Notes under the pieces: generated by a model
What the model was told of the DNA's origin: nothing
Seen by the model: only the letters and a program-made list of their open reading frames with translations
The model's database searches: none
Made by a program: the position numbers and the translations under genes
Source of the DNA: a virus
DNA: 64,000 bases
Strand: one strand, 5' to 3'
IMG/VR virus record: IMGVR_UViG_3300032246_002821
Coordinates: 1 to 64,000 of that record
Shown here: in pieces, positions 54,714-64,000 of the stretch
How the letters are laid out: each line of letters starts with the position of its first letter
Position numbering within the stretch: the first letter of the stretch is position 1

Positions 54714-57700
54714 TTATATATTGAATGTCGCTGCTGCTGTAGGTAAATGTCACACCCACATCTCCTGTCTGGGTACTGTCATCATCGATAGCAAAGGCAC
54801 CGTTGAGCACTTTGGTGAAAGTGGTCCTGCCTGTTCTCACCTGGCTATTTCTCACGATGGTATAGATGAATTCGAATCCTGTGCTCTGATCCCAATCATC
54901 GAAATTGACACCCAGTGCTGCTGTGGTGCTGGCTGCAAGGGTGACACTCTTGCCCATATTTTGTTGGAAAGCACCCAGGCGTAGGCCCGTGGATAGGTTC
55001 CATTCAACGCTGCTAGCGGTTTCGGATACACGATGCACTGTGAGATTATAGGTGTCGGTCCTGTCGAATTGATCTGCGATACTACCGCAACCAACAGCAG
55101 TGCTGTCGAAATAGATTATCACGCTGGCTGGCAGAGTATATCCTCTGAGATCATTGGCTACATCGCGATAATAGTTACCCATACTGAGGAAATTGGTAGC
55201 ATTGGTGATGTAACATCCGCTGTCATATACCAGATCCATTATACTGTTGGTCAATGTGACATTTTTCGCGCTTGTGCCTGCAAAATACACACCCTGGTAA
55301 AGATTTTCGAAAGTACAACTGTCTATCAGAGTGTTTGTTAAATTTTGTCCAGAAGGCAAATATATGCCCACATTGAATCCATCGAACAGGCAGTCCGTGA
55401 CATTGAAATCACTGCTACTTACCAGGCTCTGGCCATTAATCCTGATGGCACTGGTGGGCACTCCCAGGATCGCATCATTCAAAGTGCTTACCGAAGTCTT
55501 GGGTCCTTTGAATCTCACATTGGTCAGGGTGACTCTGCTGGCGCTGTCCACGATGATACCATCACCTGTGCTGTTCAAGCTCATGTTCTGGATAGTGATG
55601 TCCGTGGGCAGACTGGCCCCGTTCAAACCTATAAGGCTCTGGGTCTGTTGCAGGTTATCTGCGGTATATATTACCCAGGTGATGTAAGGAGCGATATAAG
55701 GGCTGCGGGTCTGTGTTATGACCGTGTTGTATGCACCTTCACCCATCAGTATGGCGTGGCTGGGTACTTTGATGTCACTGCTGATCACATAGTTGCCTGC
55801 AGGGAAATACAGTATTTTCCTCGCTGCCAGGCTGCTGCTTCTGCAATAGATTTCATAAAGAGCGCGGTTGATGGCTTCCGTGTCATCTGTTGCACCATCG
55901 CCTTTGGCGCCGAAGTCTTTGACGCTGACGAAATCATCCAGTTTGTTCTGTAGTGGGCGTACGGTCCTGGCGCTGCCCACACTGAAGCTCTGGCTGGTCC
56001 AGGTCAGTCCATCAGTGCTGTAACTCAGTTGCCCATTGGCTCCGGCAGCTACGAATTGGGTATTATAAACAACCACTTCCAGATCGTAGGTAAGACTATT
56101 TGAGGTCTTTTTGAAGTATTTGTGTTGCTGTGTGCCATAATAGACCAGGCCATATTGGCCCACGATCACATTGACATTATTGTTATACGCTGTATCGAAC
56201 AGATAGGGAGCGATGAGATTGGTTCCGAAATATTGGGTGGAAGTGTTCCAAGTGCTGGCATCTGTGCTGGTGAGGTAAGTCAAGCCTATGTCACCACCCA
56301 CATAAAAATATGTGTTAACATAAGTCAGATCCATCAGATTGCTTTGAGTATATGTGGTCCTGGTGGTCCAACTACCTGGCAGTGCAGTTGCGCTCACTGC
56401 CACCACACCATTGTCACCCACAGCGATATAACGGCTGATGGTGCTATTCCAAATTATTTTGTTAAGATTACCTACAGCTACAGTGTTGCCACTGGGATCT
56501 GTGGCACTGTTGGCCAGAGCACTGATCCAGGTCACACCGCTGTCTGTGCTGTAGACACCTATACCTGATGCGCCCACTGCCACTGCTTTGGTGCTATTGA
56601 TGGTCACACTATTGAGATCTGTGGTAAGTCCGGTGCTCTGTGCAGTCCAGCTGGTGCTGTTGGTACCTGTCAGCACAGTGCCGCTGGCACCCACAATAAA
56701 ATAAGTGCTGCCAGTGATTTGGTTGATGCCATAGAGATTGTTGGATGTGCCGCTGGTTCTGCTGGTCCAGGTCACTGCATCAGGACTGGTGAGGATAACA
56801 CCGCTGTTGCCCACCACGATCCATCTGGTATTGGTGTTGTCATAGTATGCACGGTTCAATCCTGTGGATACGCCGCTTGTCTGAGCAGTCCAGGCGATGC
56901 CATTTGTACTGGTATATATACCGCCGCTACCTGTGAGCGCCACGAACTTGCCTGATCCTATACCATAATACAGTGTGGTAACGTTTTCCAAACCGCTGGC
57001 GATATTGCTGAGATAGCTGATCGTGGTGCCGCTGTTTTTGTAAACATCGCCCCAGCTGGTTATGTAGAAAGCATTGGTGCCATCGTTGGTGACACCTGTG
57101 TAAGCGTCGATCAAACTTCTAGACCAGGTCACAGCATCGGTGCTGTAAAACACCTTGCTATTGCCGCCCACGGCAATGAAAGCACTGTCTTGATAATGCA
57201 CACCATACAGATCATATGATGTGATGCTGCTGCTGGTCCAGGTTATGCCATCGGTACTGACTGCTACCTTGCCTCCGGTACCCACTGCCACGTATTTGCT
57301 GCCGCTGTAGCATAATCCTTGCAAGCTGGTGGTGATAGCAGGTGTGACACCTGACTGCAATGTCCAAGTGATGCCGTCCAGGCTGCTATAGATGCTACCG
57401 GTCAGTGTGACCAGGACGAATTTGCTTGCACCATAGATGATGTCATTGATGGTGGTGTATGCCACCAGGCTCAGGCTATATGTGGTCCAGTAAGTGGCAT
57501 TGGTGGGTAGATAGCCCAGCGTGGTGCTCAGTGCTTTGTATGTGGTGCCCTGGTAATTGACCAGATCATTGGCATTGTAAGTGGTGGTGCTGACGAAGTC
57601 CTGTTGCACTCCTGCCTGCTTCCACACGGTTCCGTCTGTGCTGTAGATGATGGTACCATTGCCACCCACAGCCACGAATTTACCTGCACCATAAGCAACA

Positions 57701-58089
57701 CCCAATAGATTGTTTGTGGTACCGCTCTTGGTATTGCTCCAGTTGATACCATCGCTGCTTATCAAGATATTGCCGTTGGTGCCCACAGCCACATAAATGC
57801 TGGCACCATATGTCACTGCATTGTATTGTGCTTTGGCACCACCTGTGACAGGATTGTATCCGGCATCGGTATTTTTATATGTATATGTGTTAGCCAGGTT
57901 CAGGATATCGCTGTATTCGGTGAGGATTTCCGTGTTTCCGGTTTCTGGAGCACCATCAGCAAGCGTACCGTTACCGATGTACAGTTTTCGTTGATCCACA
58001 CTGTAACCCAGTTCTGCCTTGCTTAACTGTGGAAGATTCGCTCCCAATCCGCTGCGATGTTGTATTCTGGAAATTTGCACAATGGCCAT
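54655..58089 (-). CDS. Tail fibre/spike with BNR-like repeats and a pectate-lyase-like beta-helix
   Basis: MAIVQISRIQHR N-terminus, many S-x-DG-x-TW repeats, VSVKDFGAKGDGATDDTEAINRA. Confidence 0.8.
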   Translation of the reverse strand: MAIVQISRIQHRSGLGANLPQLSKAELGYSVDQRKLYIGNGTLADGAPETGNTEILTEYSDILNLANTYTYKNTDAGYNPVTGGAKAQYNAVTYGASIYVAVGTNGNILISSDGINWSNTKSGTTNNLLGVAYGAGKFVAVGGNGTIIYSTDGTVWKQAGVQQDFVSTTTYNANDLVNYQGTTYKALSTTLGYLPTNATYWTTYSLSLVAYTTINDIIYGASKFVLVTLTGSIYSSLDGITWTLQSGVTPAITTSLQGLCYSGSKYVAVGTGGKVAVSTDGITWTSSSITSYDLYGVHYQDSAFIAVGGNSKVFYSTDAVTWSRSLIDAYTGVTNDGTNAFYITSWGDVYKNSGTTISYLSNIASGLENVTTLYYGIGSGKFVALTGSGGIYTSTNGIAWTAQTSGVSTGLNRAYYDNTNTRWIVVGNSGVILTSPDAVTWTSRTSGTSNNLYGINQITGSTYFIVGASGTVLTGTNSTSWTAQSTGLTTDLNSVTINSTKAVAVGASGIGVYSTDSGVTWISALANSATDPSGNTVAVGNLNKIIWNSTISRYIAVGDNGVVAVSATALPGSWTTRTTYTQSNLMDLTYVNTYFYVGGDIGLTYLTSTDASTWNTSTQYFGTNLIAPYLFDTAYNNNVNVIVGQYGLVYYGTQQHKYFKKTSNSLTYDLEVVVYNTQFVAAGANGQLSYSTDGLTWTSQSFSVGSARTVRPLQNKLDDFVSVKDFGAKGDGATDDTEAINRALYEIYCRSSSLAARKILYFPAGNYVISSDIKVPSHAILMGEGAYNTVITQTRSPYIAPYITWVIYTADNLQQTQSLIGLNGASLPTDITIQNMSLNSTGDGIIVDSASRVTLTNVRFKGPKTSVSTLNDAILGVPTSAIRINGQSLVSSSDFNVTDCLFDGFNVGIYLPSGQNLTNTLIDSCTFENLYQGVYFAGTSAKNVTLTNSIMDLVYDSGCYITNATNFLSMGNYYRDVANDLRGYTLPASVIIYFDSTAVGCGSIADQFDRTDTYNLTVHRVSETASSVEWNLSTGLRLGAFQQNMGKSVTLAASTTAALGVNFDDWDQSTGFEFIYTIVRNSQVRTGRTTFTKVLNGAFAIDDDSTQTGDVGVTFTYSSSDIQYISDTNGTGTLNYAIRYLEMV

Positions 58090-58113
58090 GGTAATCTCTC
58101 TTTAGAGTATTTA

Positions 58114-58812
58114 TCAGTTAGACAGATAGTATTCAGCTACCCTAGTCCACCATTTTTCTGTCCAGTATTCATACTCGTCCGCTTTGATGATCCAGCGTTG
58201 GGGTTCCAGGTCCTTGCTGCACATCAGCACCACTATCTGAGCAACATCAGTGCCAAAAAGATGATTATGAGCTTGACTATATGCCGCACCTTGCAGGAAG
58301 TAGTCATCGATCCATTCGGTTCTCTTGGGTTTGTTAGTCTGTTTAAAGTCGATGATACTGGGTTTTCCATCGTATACTCCCACTAGGTCAGTAGTACCTG
58401 CATATAGACCAGTGTGATACAGATTGGCTTCGCTTGCCCACCATTCCTGTAAGCTGGGTTTCAGATATTCGTCGATGATTATTTGTGCCATCTTGGCGGC
58501 CTGTTGATGTACCATATTGCCGCCCGTCTTGAGCTCACCGTGTTCCAGCCAGTTTTCCAACTGCTTGTGCATACTGGTACCACGTCCTGCTGCTTCGGTG
58601 GTGATGGCTTGTGCCTGTGTGTGACCCACACGATTGCGCCATTCCTGTAGTGCTTGCCGCTTTTCCTCTGGTTTGGTCTTGTCCAGGATCGTGGTCACAC
58701 TGGGCACAGCATCTGTGCCATTGGTCTCGTATAAACGACCGCGGTCTGTCTGCCTGCGGGTCAATTTGGGATAATTGAATGTGGGATTATATTTTACCAG
58801 GTTATTTGCCAA
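58114..58812 (-). CDS. PD-(D/E)XK exonuclease (RecB/Cas4-like)
   Basis: PSVTTIL, GTSMH, YAGTTDL, IIDFKQT, YFLQGAAY. Confidence 0.88.
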   Translation of the reverse strand: MANNLVKYNPTFNYPKLTRRQTDRGRLYETNGTDAVPSVTTILDKTKPEEKRQALQEWRNRVGHTQAQAITTEAAGRGTSMHKQLENWLEHGELKTGGNMVHQQAAKMAQIIIDEYLKPSLQEWWASEANLYHTGLYAGTTDLVGVYDGKPSIIDFKQTNKPKRTEWIDDYFLQGAAYSQAHNHLFGTDVAQIVVLMCSKDLEPQRWIIKADEYEYWTEKWWTRVAEYYLSN

Positions 58813-59132
58813 TATATGTACTGTCCATCGCTACTTTTACGACTCACAGTATAACCTAATTTGGTGAAATTGTCAATAACGGCCTTCATCTGGCCGTCCA
58901 GAGCATTGTTGGTAATGGTAGTTTGCCACACATTGAAATAGTTGGCATTCAGTGTCATAGGGCTACCCACCACTGTGTTTCCTGCAAAGCTAGTACGAGT
59001 GTTTGCTCCCAAACTGGCACTGACATTACCAGCTGCTGCTTGTGTCAATATGTTGATATTGAGCAGGGCTATTTCAGTTTCAACAGTTGGGCTACTTAAA
59101 CTTTTTGTTCTGGTATCTGATGCAGTTAACAT
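58794..59132 (-). CDS. Hypothetical structural-region protein
   Basis: 112-aa ORF in the late operon. Confidence 0.6.
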   Translation of the reverse strand: MLTASDTRTKSLSSPTVETEIALLNINILTQAAAGNVSASLGANTRTSFAGNTVVGSPMTLNANYFNVWQTTITNNALDGQMKAVIDNFTKLGYTVSRKSSDGQYIYWQITW

Positions 59133-59149
59133 TTTGGTCTCCCAATTAC

Positions 59150-59956
59150 TTATTTGGTTTTTTTGTTTTTGGGTCGTTTAACTTTATAAGTCTTGCCATC
59201 TACCGTGAACTCTGATGCTCCTGCGGCCCTGGCTGCTACCAGTGCGCCGCTGAAGGCGTTGCCTTCACGTAAACTCAGTTCCCTGTCGGTGGCATCCACG
59301 GCAGCCTGCCATAATCTGTCCATGGCACCTGTGTTACGCAACAGCTTGAATGTGAGATTCTCCACACCATATTCGCCCGATTGTTCCAATCCAGCCTGGC
59401 GCATTTTCTTTATCTTGTCTTTCAATTTGTTTATAGTGTCGCTGTCACCACTGTGTACCGCCTGCATTATATCGCTGTTGAGTTGTGTGAATTTGTGTTC
59501 TATATTGGTGCTGTCGGGATTGGCTGTGATGTGTTTGGGTTTTTTTAACCAGGCATCGTGGAACACGCTGTACACGCCATTGCTGATGTGCGCTTGGTCG
59601 CTGTCCTGCACATAAACTTCCACAGTGTGACCCAGTATGTCTATGTCGTGCTGATCATTGAATTGTGATTTTTTAGCCAGGAACAGTTCCCTTAGATTGG
59701 CTTCGCAAGGACTGTTCACGTCTGCTGTCAGGTGTAGATCTATATCCGAATTCTGATTGTAATTGTAGCTGGCGTTACTGCCACTGATAGTGATATCAGT
59801 GAGAGCCAGATCCGGAACATTTATGAATTTAATAAATGCCTTGGCTATGCGGAACAGAGCCAGTCTGACTTCTGGACGTAAATGATTGTCTACCCATAGA
59901 TCAGGATTTAAATGTTTGTGAAAATGTACAAGCTGATCCAGATCGTCTATACGCAT
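59150..59956 (-). CDS. Pol-beta superfamily nucleotidyltransferase
   Basis: ITISGSNASYNY...SDIDLH, VEVYVQD; late promoter at 59961-59967. Confidence 0.8.
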   Translation of the reverse strand: MRIDDLDQLVHFHKHLNPDLWVDNHLRPEVRLALFRIAKAFIKFINVPDLALTDITISGSNASYNYNQNSDIDLHLTADVNSPCEANLRELFLAKKSQFNDQHDIDILGHTVEVYVQDSDQAHISNGVYSVFHDAWLKKPKHITANPDSTNIEHKFTQLNSDIMQAVHSGDSDTINKLKDKIKKMRQAGLEQSGEYGVENLTFKLLRNTGAMDRLWQAAVDATDRELSLREGNAFSGALVAARAAGASEFTVDGKTYKVKRPKNKKTK

Positions 59957-59963
59957 CTGGTAT

Positions 59964-60344
59964 TTATAGGCTGGCAGCTTTGCTAGCCATCTGGTCCACA
60001 GTGTTGGCCTGGGCCTCAGGATTGGGTTGGCCCTGTAACATCTGTTCGTCTTGTCCTATAGTGATGCTGTTCTGATTATAATCGGTCACAAGATTCTGGA
60101 TGTGATTGTTGTCGCGATATAATGCTTGGAAGTCGTCGTAATTGAAACTGTAGCCCATATTGCTCATCATCTTTGCAATGCTGCTGATGGGAACAGCAGT
60201 ACCTGGTTTGGTTTTGGCCTTCAGGTACTGCAATATGGTCATTAAGATTCCGGCTTGGCTACTGACAAAATCCGGGGCGACTTCCAAAAGTTTCATATCA
60301 AACTCGCTTGCCGCGACCCAGTTGTTCACTACCACCAGTTGCAC
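59964..60344 (-). CDS. Hypothetical late protein
   Basis: Likely start MKLLEVAPD; helical. Confidence 0.55.
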   Translation of the reverse strand: MQLVVVNNWVAASEFDMKLLEVAPDFVSSQAGILMTILQYLKAKTKPGTAVPISSIAKMMSNMGYSFNYDDFQALYRDNNHIQNLVTDYNQNSITIGQDEQMLQGQPNPEAQANTVDQMASKAASL

Positions 60345-61194
60345 TGTCAGCTGTGGCCAATTCTTCAGGTTGAGCAGCAGGTGCTGCGCCTGTATCTGTC
60401 ACATTACCGCCTTCCAAACCACTAGCAGGGGCAGGAGCAGCGGCAGCAGGTGCTGCTGACATATCCATGGGCTGAGCACTGTAAACACCACGGCTGGCGT
60501 TGTCCAGCGTATCACGTGCGCCGTTGGCTGCATCCATGATAGTGGCCATAGCAGCACTGGCAGTGGAATTGAACTGGTTTGCTTGATCGATACCGATCTC
60601 GTCTTTCATAGCACTAACCAATGCAGGCAGTTGTTCGTTCTGCATCTTGCCGATCTTTCCCACCAGATCCTGGATGGTATCAACCATATCACGAGCTGCC
60701 ATTGTCACACGGGCAGTTTCGATCTCACCTTCTGTTAGTGCCAAACGCAAGATACCCATCGCACGATGAGTTGTGCTTTCCTGGGCCATCTTGGTAGCTG
60801 TGGCATACATCACATCGTCTGCACGATTGCCATAACGCTTCTTGAAATCGCCCTTTACTTTCTTCATACCTTTAACGTATTTTTCACGTTTGGCTTTTGC
60901 TTTGCTGTCCATTTTTCTTTCCACTAGATTCATACGGCTGCTTGTTTCCAATTCGGCTCTCCAGCTTTCCAGCACACGGCTAACCATAACTGCTTCCATG
61001 AATTCTGGATTGCGTTCTGCGTGGTGTGCCTGGCTAGTGCTGCGGATGGCACTGATTTTATTGTGTAGAGTTTGAAGCATATTGCTGGCATCTGATTCGT
61101 TGATACGCTCCAGATCCAGTTGCCATCTGTAAACTTTACTTAATTGCTGATTGAGCTCTTGAGCTGCTGTCTTACCAAATTCGTTAACAAACAT
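60298..61194 (-). CDS. Hypothetical structural protein (prohead core/scaffold-like)
   Basis: Basic central module (KRYGNRADDVMYATATKMA), acidic Ala/Pro tail; late promoter at 61218-61224. Confidence 0.55.
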   Translation of the reverse strand: MFVNEFGKTAAQELNQQLSKVYRWQLDLERINESDASNMLQTLHNKISAIRSTSQAHHAERNPEFMEAVMVSRVLESWRAELETSSRMNLVERKMDSKAKAKREKYVKGMKKVKGDFKKRYGNRADDVMYATATKMAQESTTHRAMGILRLALTEGEIETARVTMAARDMVDTIQDLVGKIGKMQNEQLPALVSAMKDEIGIDQANQFNSTASAAMATIMDAANGARDTLDNASRGVYSAQPMDMSAAPAAAAPAPASGLEGGNVTDTGAAPAAQPEELATADSATGGSEQLGRGKRV

Positions 61195-61220
61195 AGGATT
61201 GTCCTTGTATTTGTAAGTAT

Positions 61221-62417
61221 TTATAGTAAGTTGGCGGTTTTTTCCAATTCGTGTATCTGGTTTTTCAGATTATCCAGCTCACCATCTGCCCTGGCCAGAC
61301 GATCTTCGTACACCCTTTTATCAGGATTCATACGGAACAAGTGCTTGTAATGGTGCTGATCTTTGACGAAAATGTCATATTTTTGATCGATACCCTGGAT
61401 CGCTCTGATGATTTTGTGCTTTTTCAGGGTTATGAACGCGGCTGCAAGCACAGCCAACCGTTTTTGTCTTAGTTCAGTTATCACGTTTCCGTTTTTATCT
61501 GTGACTTGCCACAAGTTTTCTGTGGGACTGATATGAAACTTTCCCACTTGCAAATTGCCCATATGATTTTTTACTATCAATTGCTTGGTAGTAATATCTT
61601 CATACTGCTGTTTAATAAAGTTTTGTACTTTGTCATACTGCTGAGATACATTTTTCATTCTTAAATCCTAGCAGTTTTGTTATGGGGAGTCTATCTAAAT
61701 GTGTGATTTAGCCACATAGAGTATTAGTCCCAGTAGTGCTGTCAATAGTGAGCCGATTAAGCCAATGCCGATGCCGATAATTTTTTTATAAGCCAGTGTT
61801 TCTTTTTCGATTAACATACTTTTAATTTCGCTCACTATGGACTCGACTTTAGCCAGTCTCTGTTCCATACTTTCCATTCTTTCATCCAATTTGTCATAGC
61901 GATCATCACAGAGTTCCACGTGGGCTTCCAGGCTTTTCTTTTCTATATCTGCTAAAATACCCATTTGAATTTCCAGGATGATAAATTATTTATCAGTATC
62001 GAAAGGGTATAAAAAGCTGATATTTTGTTCTGCACAGTTGTGTCTCATATACTTCTGTGGAAACTGCACAGTCTCTTCCAGACCAGTTATCATAGGAATA
62101 TAATCGGTGTCCTGCTTCAAATGATACAACGGGTCATCCGCCAGCGCCACTGCATCCATATTGGCCAGTTCGAAATCGAAAATCCATACATTATGGTGGC
62201 CAGAAAACACGCTGCCCAATTCCAGGTTTTCCACACTGCGCCAGATCTTTTTGGGTTGGGTGTGCAATATCACGCTGCTACGGATGCTGAGTGTTTGCAG
62301 CAGGGTATTCCAATTACGCCGCTGAAGCTGATAAAATTGTTCATTGCCGCTGGTGGTTATATCGAATAAACAAAAACATCTTATCATAGGTTTACTTATA
62401 ACAGTAAAAATCGCCAA
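61221..62417 (-). CDS. Three hypothetical proteins (61221-61658; 61695-61964 coiled coil with C-terminal TM; 61986-62417)
   Basis: ORF track; chained on the minus strand with ATAAATA motifs. Confidence 0.55.
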
Positions 62418-62420
62418 AGA

Positions 62421-62441
62421 AAAAGGGCCTTGCGGCCCTTT
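62421..62441. terminator. Intrinsic terminator with GCAA loop
   Basis: AAAAGGGCC-TTGC-GGCCCTTT, identical to 20956-20976. Confidence 0.85.
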
Positions 62442-62463
62442 AGCTTGCGATATGCGATATCTA

Positions 62464-62859
62464 TTATGATAGTGCTAGTTTGAAACCAGCGTCGAATACC
62501 AGGGTACCACGAGCATCGATGTTGTTAGTGTTACCATACCAACCTGAACCGTTACCACCGCCACGAATCTGTGCCTGTAGTGTAGCTGCTGTAGTTGCAC
62601 CGTATACACCTTCTACCATCAAACTGATGTTGCCGCTTGATGAGTTTTCAACCTGATAAACCAATACTGAAGCATTGCTTTCGATGTTGTTCAGGATGTC
62701 TTTCACAGCACCGTTAACACCCATTTCAGCTGAAATGTCTTGTGCTGAACCACCGTTGTTGCAAATGTATAGACCAAAGAACTTTGGTGCTTTACCAACA
62801 AAACTCTGAGCAACACCAACTGTGCCGGCATTACCATTTACGCGATAAAAATCTGCCAT
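62464..62859 (-). CDS. Probable abundant virion protein (decoration-like)
   Basis: Late promoter at 62897-62903, strong GGAG SD, own terminator, Gly/Ala/Asn-rich. Confidence 0.5.
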   Translation of the reverse strand: MADFYRVNGNAGTVGVAQSFVGKAPKFFGLYICNNGGSAQDISAEMGVNGAVKDILNNIESNASVLVYQVENSSSGNISLMVEGVYGATTAATLQAQIRGGGNGSGWYGNTNNIDARGTLVFDAGFKLALS

Positions 62860-62926
62860 CTTATTTCTCCAAAAAATTGCGCTTGTACGCTACAATTATT
62901 TATACCAGATGTAGAATATCGGCTGA

Positions 62927-63175
62927 TTACTTGCTTTCGTTTATGCGGCGCAGACCACGTGTGAATTTGGCTGGATCTTGCGTCCTGATGCTGTTGATCA
63001 AGCGTCTTTCCAGCTCGTCTGCCTCGGGACCGTCATATTGTTCACGTATGGTATTGATCAAATTAACTGCGCTGTTAATGATATGATTGGCTCTGCTTTC
63101 AATGATCAGCTCAGGATTGCGACCTGTGCCGATATGGCTTAACTCGTCCAATATGCTACGTGTTTGTTTACGCAA
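62927..63175 (-). CDS. Small hypothetical late protein
   Basis: MRKQTRSILDEL...RRLINSIRTQDPAKFTRG; ATAAATA at 63193-63199. Confidence 0.65.
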   Translation of the reverse strand: MRKQTRSILDELSHIGTGRNPELIIESRANHIINSAVNLINTIREQYDGPEADELERRLINSIRTQDPAKFTRGLRRINESK

Positions 63176-63304
63176 ATGTAGTACTCCGATAATATTTATT
63201 GGTTCCTACAGTTATAACAAATTATATTCCAGATCAATTTCATCCAAAACGCCATTTCCAGCGGATAAATTATTACATAGGCATTATAGGCAAAAGAGGC
63301 AATT

Positions 63305-64000
63305 ATGGCAAACGAATTACCAAAGAACGCATTACAACAACTTGAACGATTATTGGCAGCATTTAAACGAACGGTACCAGATACACCAGATTACCAGGAC
63401 AGGCTCGCAGAAGAATTAGATATAATACTGCGCCTGCGATTCACAGATTACTTCCTACAGATATGCGAAGTACTGGCGCTCACCACAGACATACCACATA
63501 TGACCCGAGGTTCGGCCGGCAGCAGCGTTGTATGCTGGGCACTGGGCATCACAGATGTGGATCCTGTCCTACAGAACATACCAGTGGCTAGATTTTTAAA
63601 TCCACATCGTGATGATCTACCTGATGTGGACATAGACTTTCCGCACTGGGCACAGGGCATAGTGATGCAACGAATATTCGATCGCTGGCCGGGCCGCAGT
63701 GCCAGGATCAGCAACTATGTGATGTATCGTGAGAAGTCAGCCAGGCGTGAAGCAGCACGCCGTATGGGTGCCACTGGCAAGCTAAAACGCGATTTCAAAC
63801 TGTCAGATCTGGACATAGATCACTCCGAGGCTGCTCGCATAGAACGCAAGTTGCTGGGCAAGAAACGAGCCATCAGCAAGCACTGCGGTGGCATATTGAT
63901 ATTCCGCAACAGCGTACCCAAGAGCCTGATCAATGGCGAGAATCAGATCCTGCTGGACAAGAACGAAGTGGAAGATCTGGAACATCTGAAGATAGACATC
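63305..64000 (+). CDS. dnaE: DNA polymerase III alpha subunit, PHP-less (partial)
   Basis: Not in the ORF track (runs off the edge). RLAEELDII...DYFL, RGSAGSSVVCWALGITDVDP, RFLNPHRDDLPDVDIDF, KHCGGILI, LKIDI. Confidence 0.93.
   Translation, partial: MANELPKNALQQLERLLAAFKRTVPDTPDYQDRLAEELDIILRLRFTDYFLQICEVLALTTDIPHMTRGSAGSSVVCWALGITDVDPVLQNIPVARFLNPHRDDLPDVDIDFPHWAQGIVMQRIFDRWPGRSARISNYVMYREKSARREAARRMGATGKLKRDFKLSDLDIDHSEAARIERKLLGKKRAISKHCGGILIFRNSVPKSLINGENQILLDKNEVEDLEHLKIDI

Noticed and set aside
44882-57752. Many 60-230 aa plus-strand ORFs opposite long minus-strand genes
   Set aside because: Antisense shadows with no motifs or SD support.
1-64000. Stop-codon reassignment (TAG or TGA recoding) as seen in some large phages
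   Set aside because: Conserved genes (nrdA, nrdB, uvsE, cyclase, carbamoyltransferase) are full length in the standard code; no suppressor tRNA seen.
1-64000. Bacterial chromosome or integrated prophage origin
   Set aside because: Host-like genes are interleaved with PAAR, tail fibre, phage late promoters and dense small hypothetical genes; no housekeeping operons, integrase or att-like boundary seen.

Overview
A 64 kb slice of a large (jumbo-type) tailed phage genome, translated in the standard code and mostly on the minus strand. It carries virion and tail genes (PAAR, a depolymerase-type fibre, putative internal head proteins), nrdA/nrdB/glutaredoxin, UvsE, exonucleases, the start of a PHP-less DnaE and T4-late-like ATAAATA promoters. 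A two-piece tmRNA with the tag ANDNFATQEFALAA, a ROSE-type thermometer and PhaR-type boxes point to an alphaproteobacterial host (inference). The accessory content is rich and falls into five groups. (1) A ribosome-rescue and proteostasis kit: permuted tmRNA, a 46-aa ArfA-like protein missed by the ORF track, bS21, ClpS, Hsp20 and tRNA-Thr. (2) A csgF-csgG-curlin-FecR-curlin-CHASE2 adenylate cyclase operon, plus a distant stand-alone copy of the cyclase C-terminal tail sitting head-to-head with a metallophosphoesterase. (3) A phasin-like gene behind PhaR-type boxes. (4) An unexplained tandem structured RNA at 5322-5576. (5) Sugar-tailoring enzymes, an autotransporter and an L,D-transpeptidase-family lipoprotein. 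All family calls come from motif recognition by eye; no database searches or folding programs were run.
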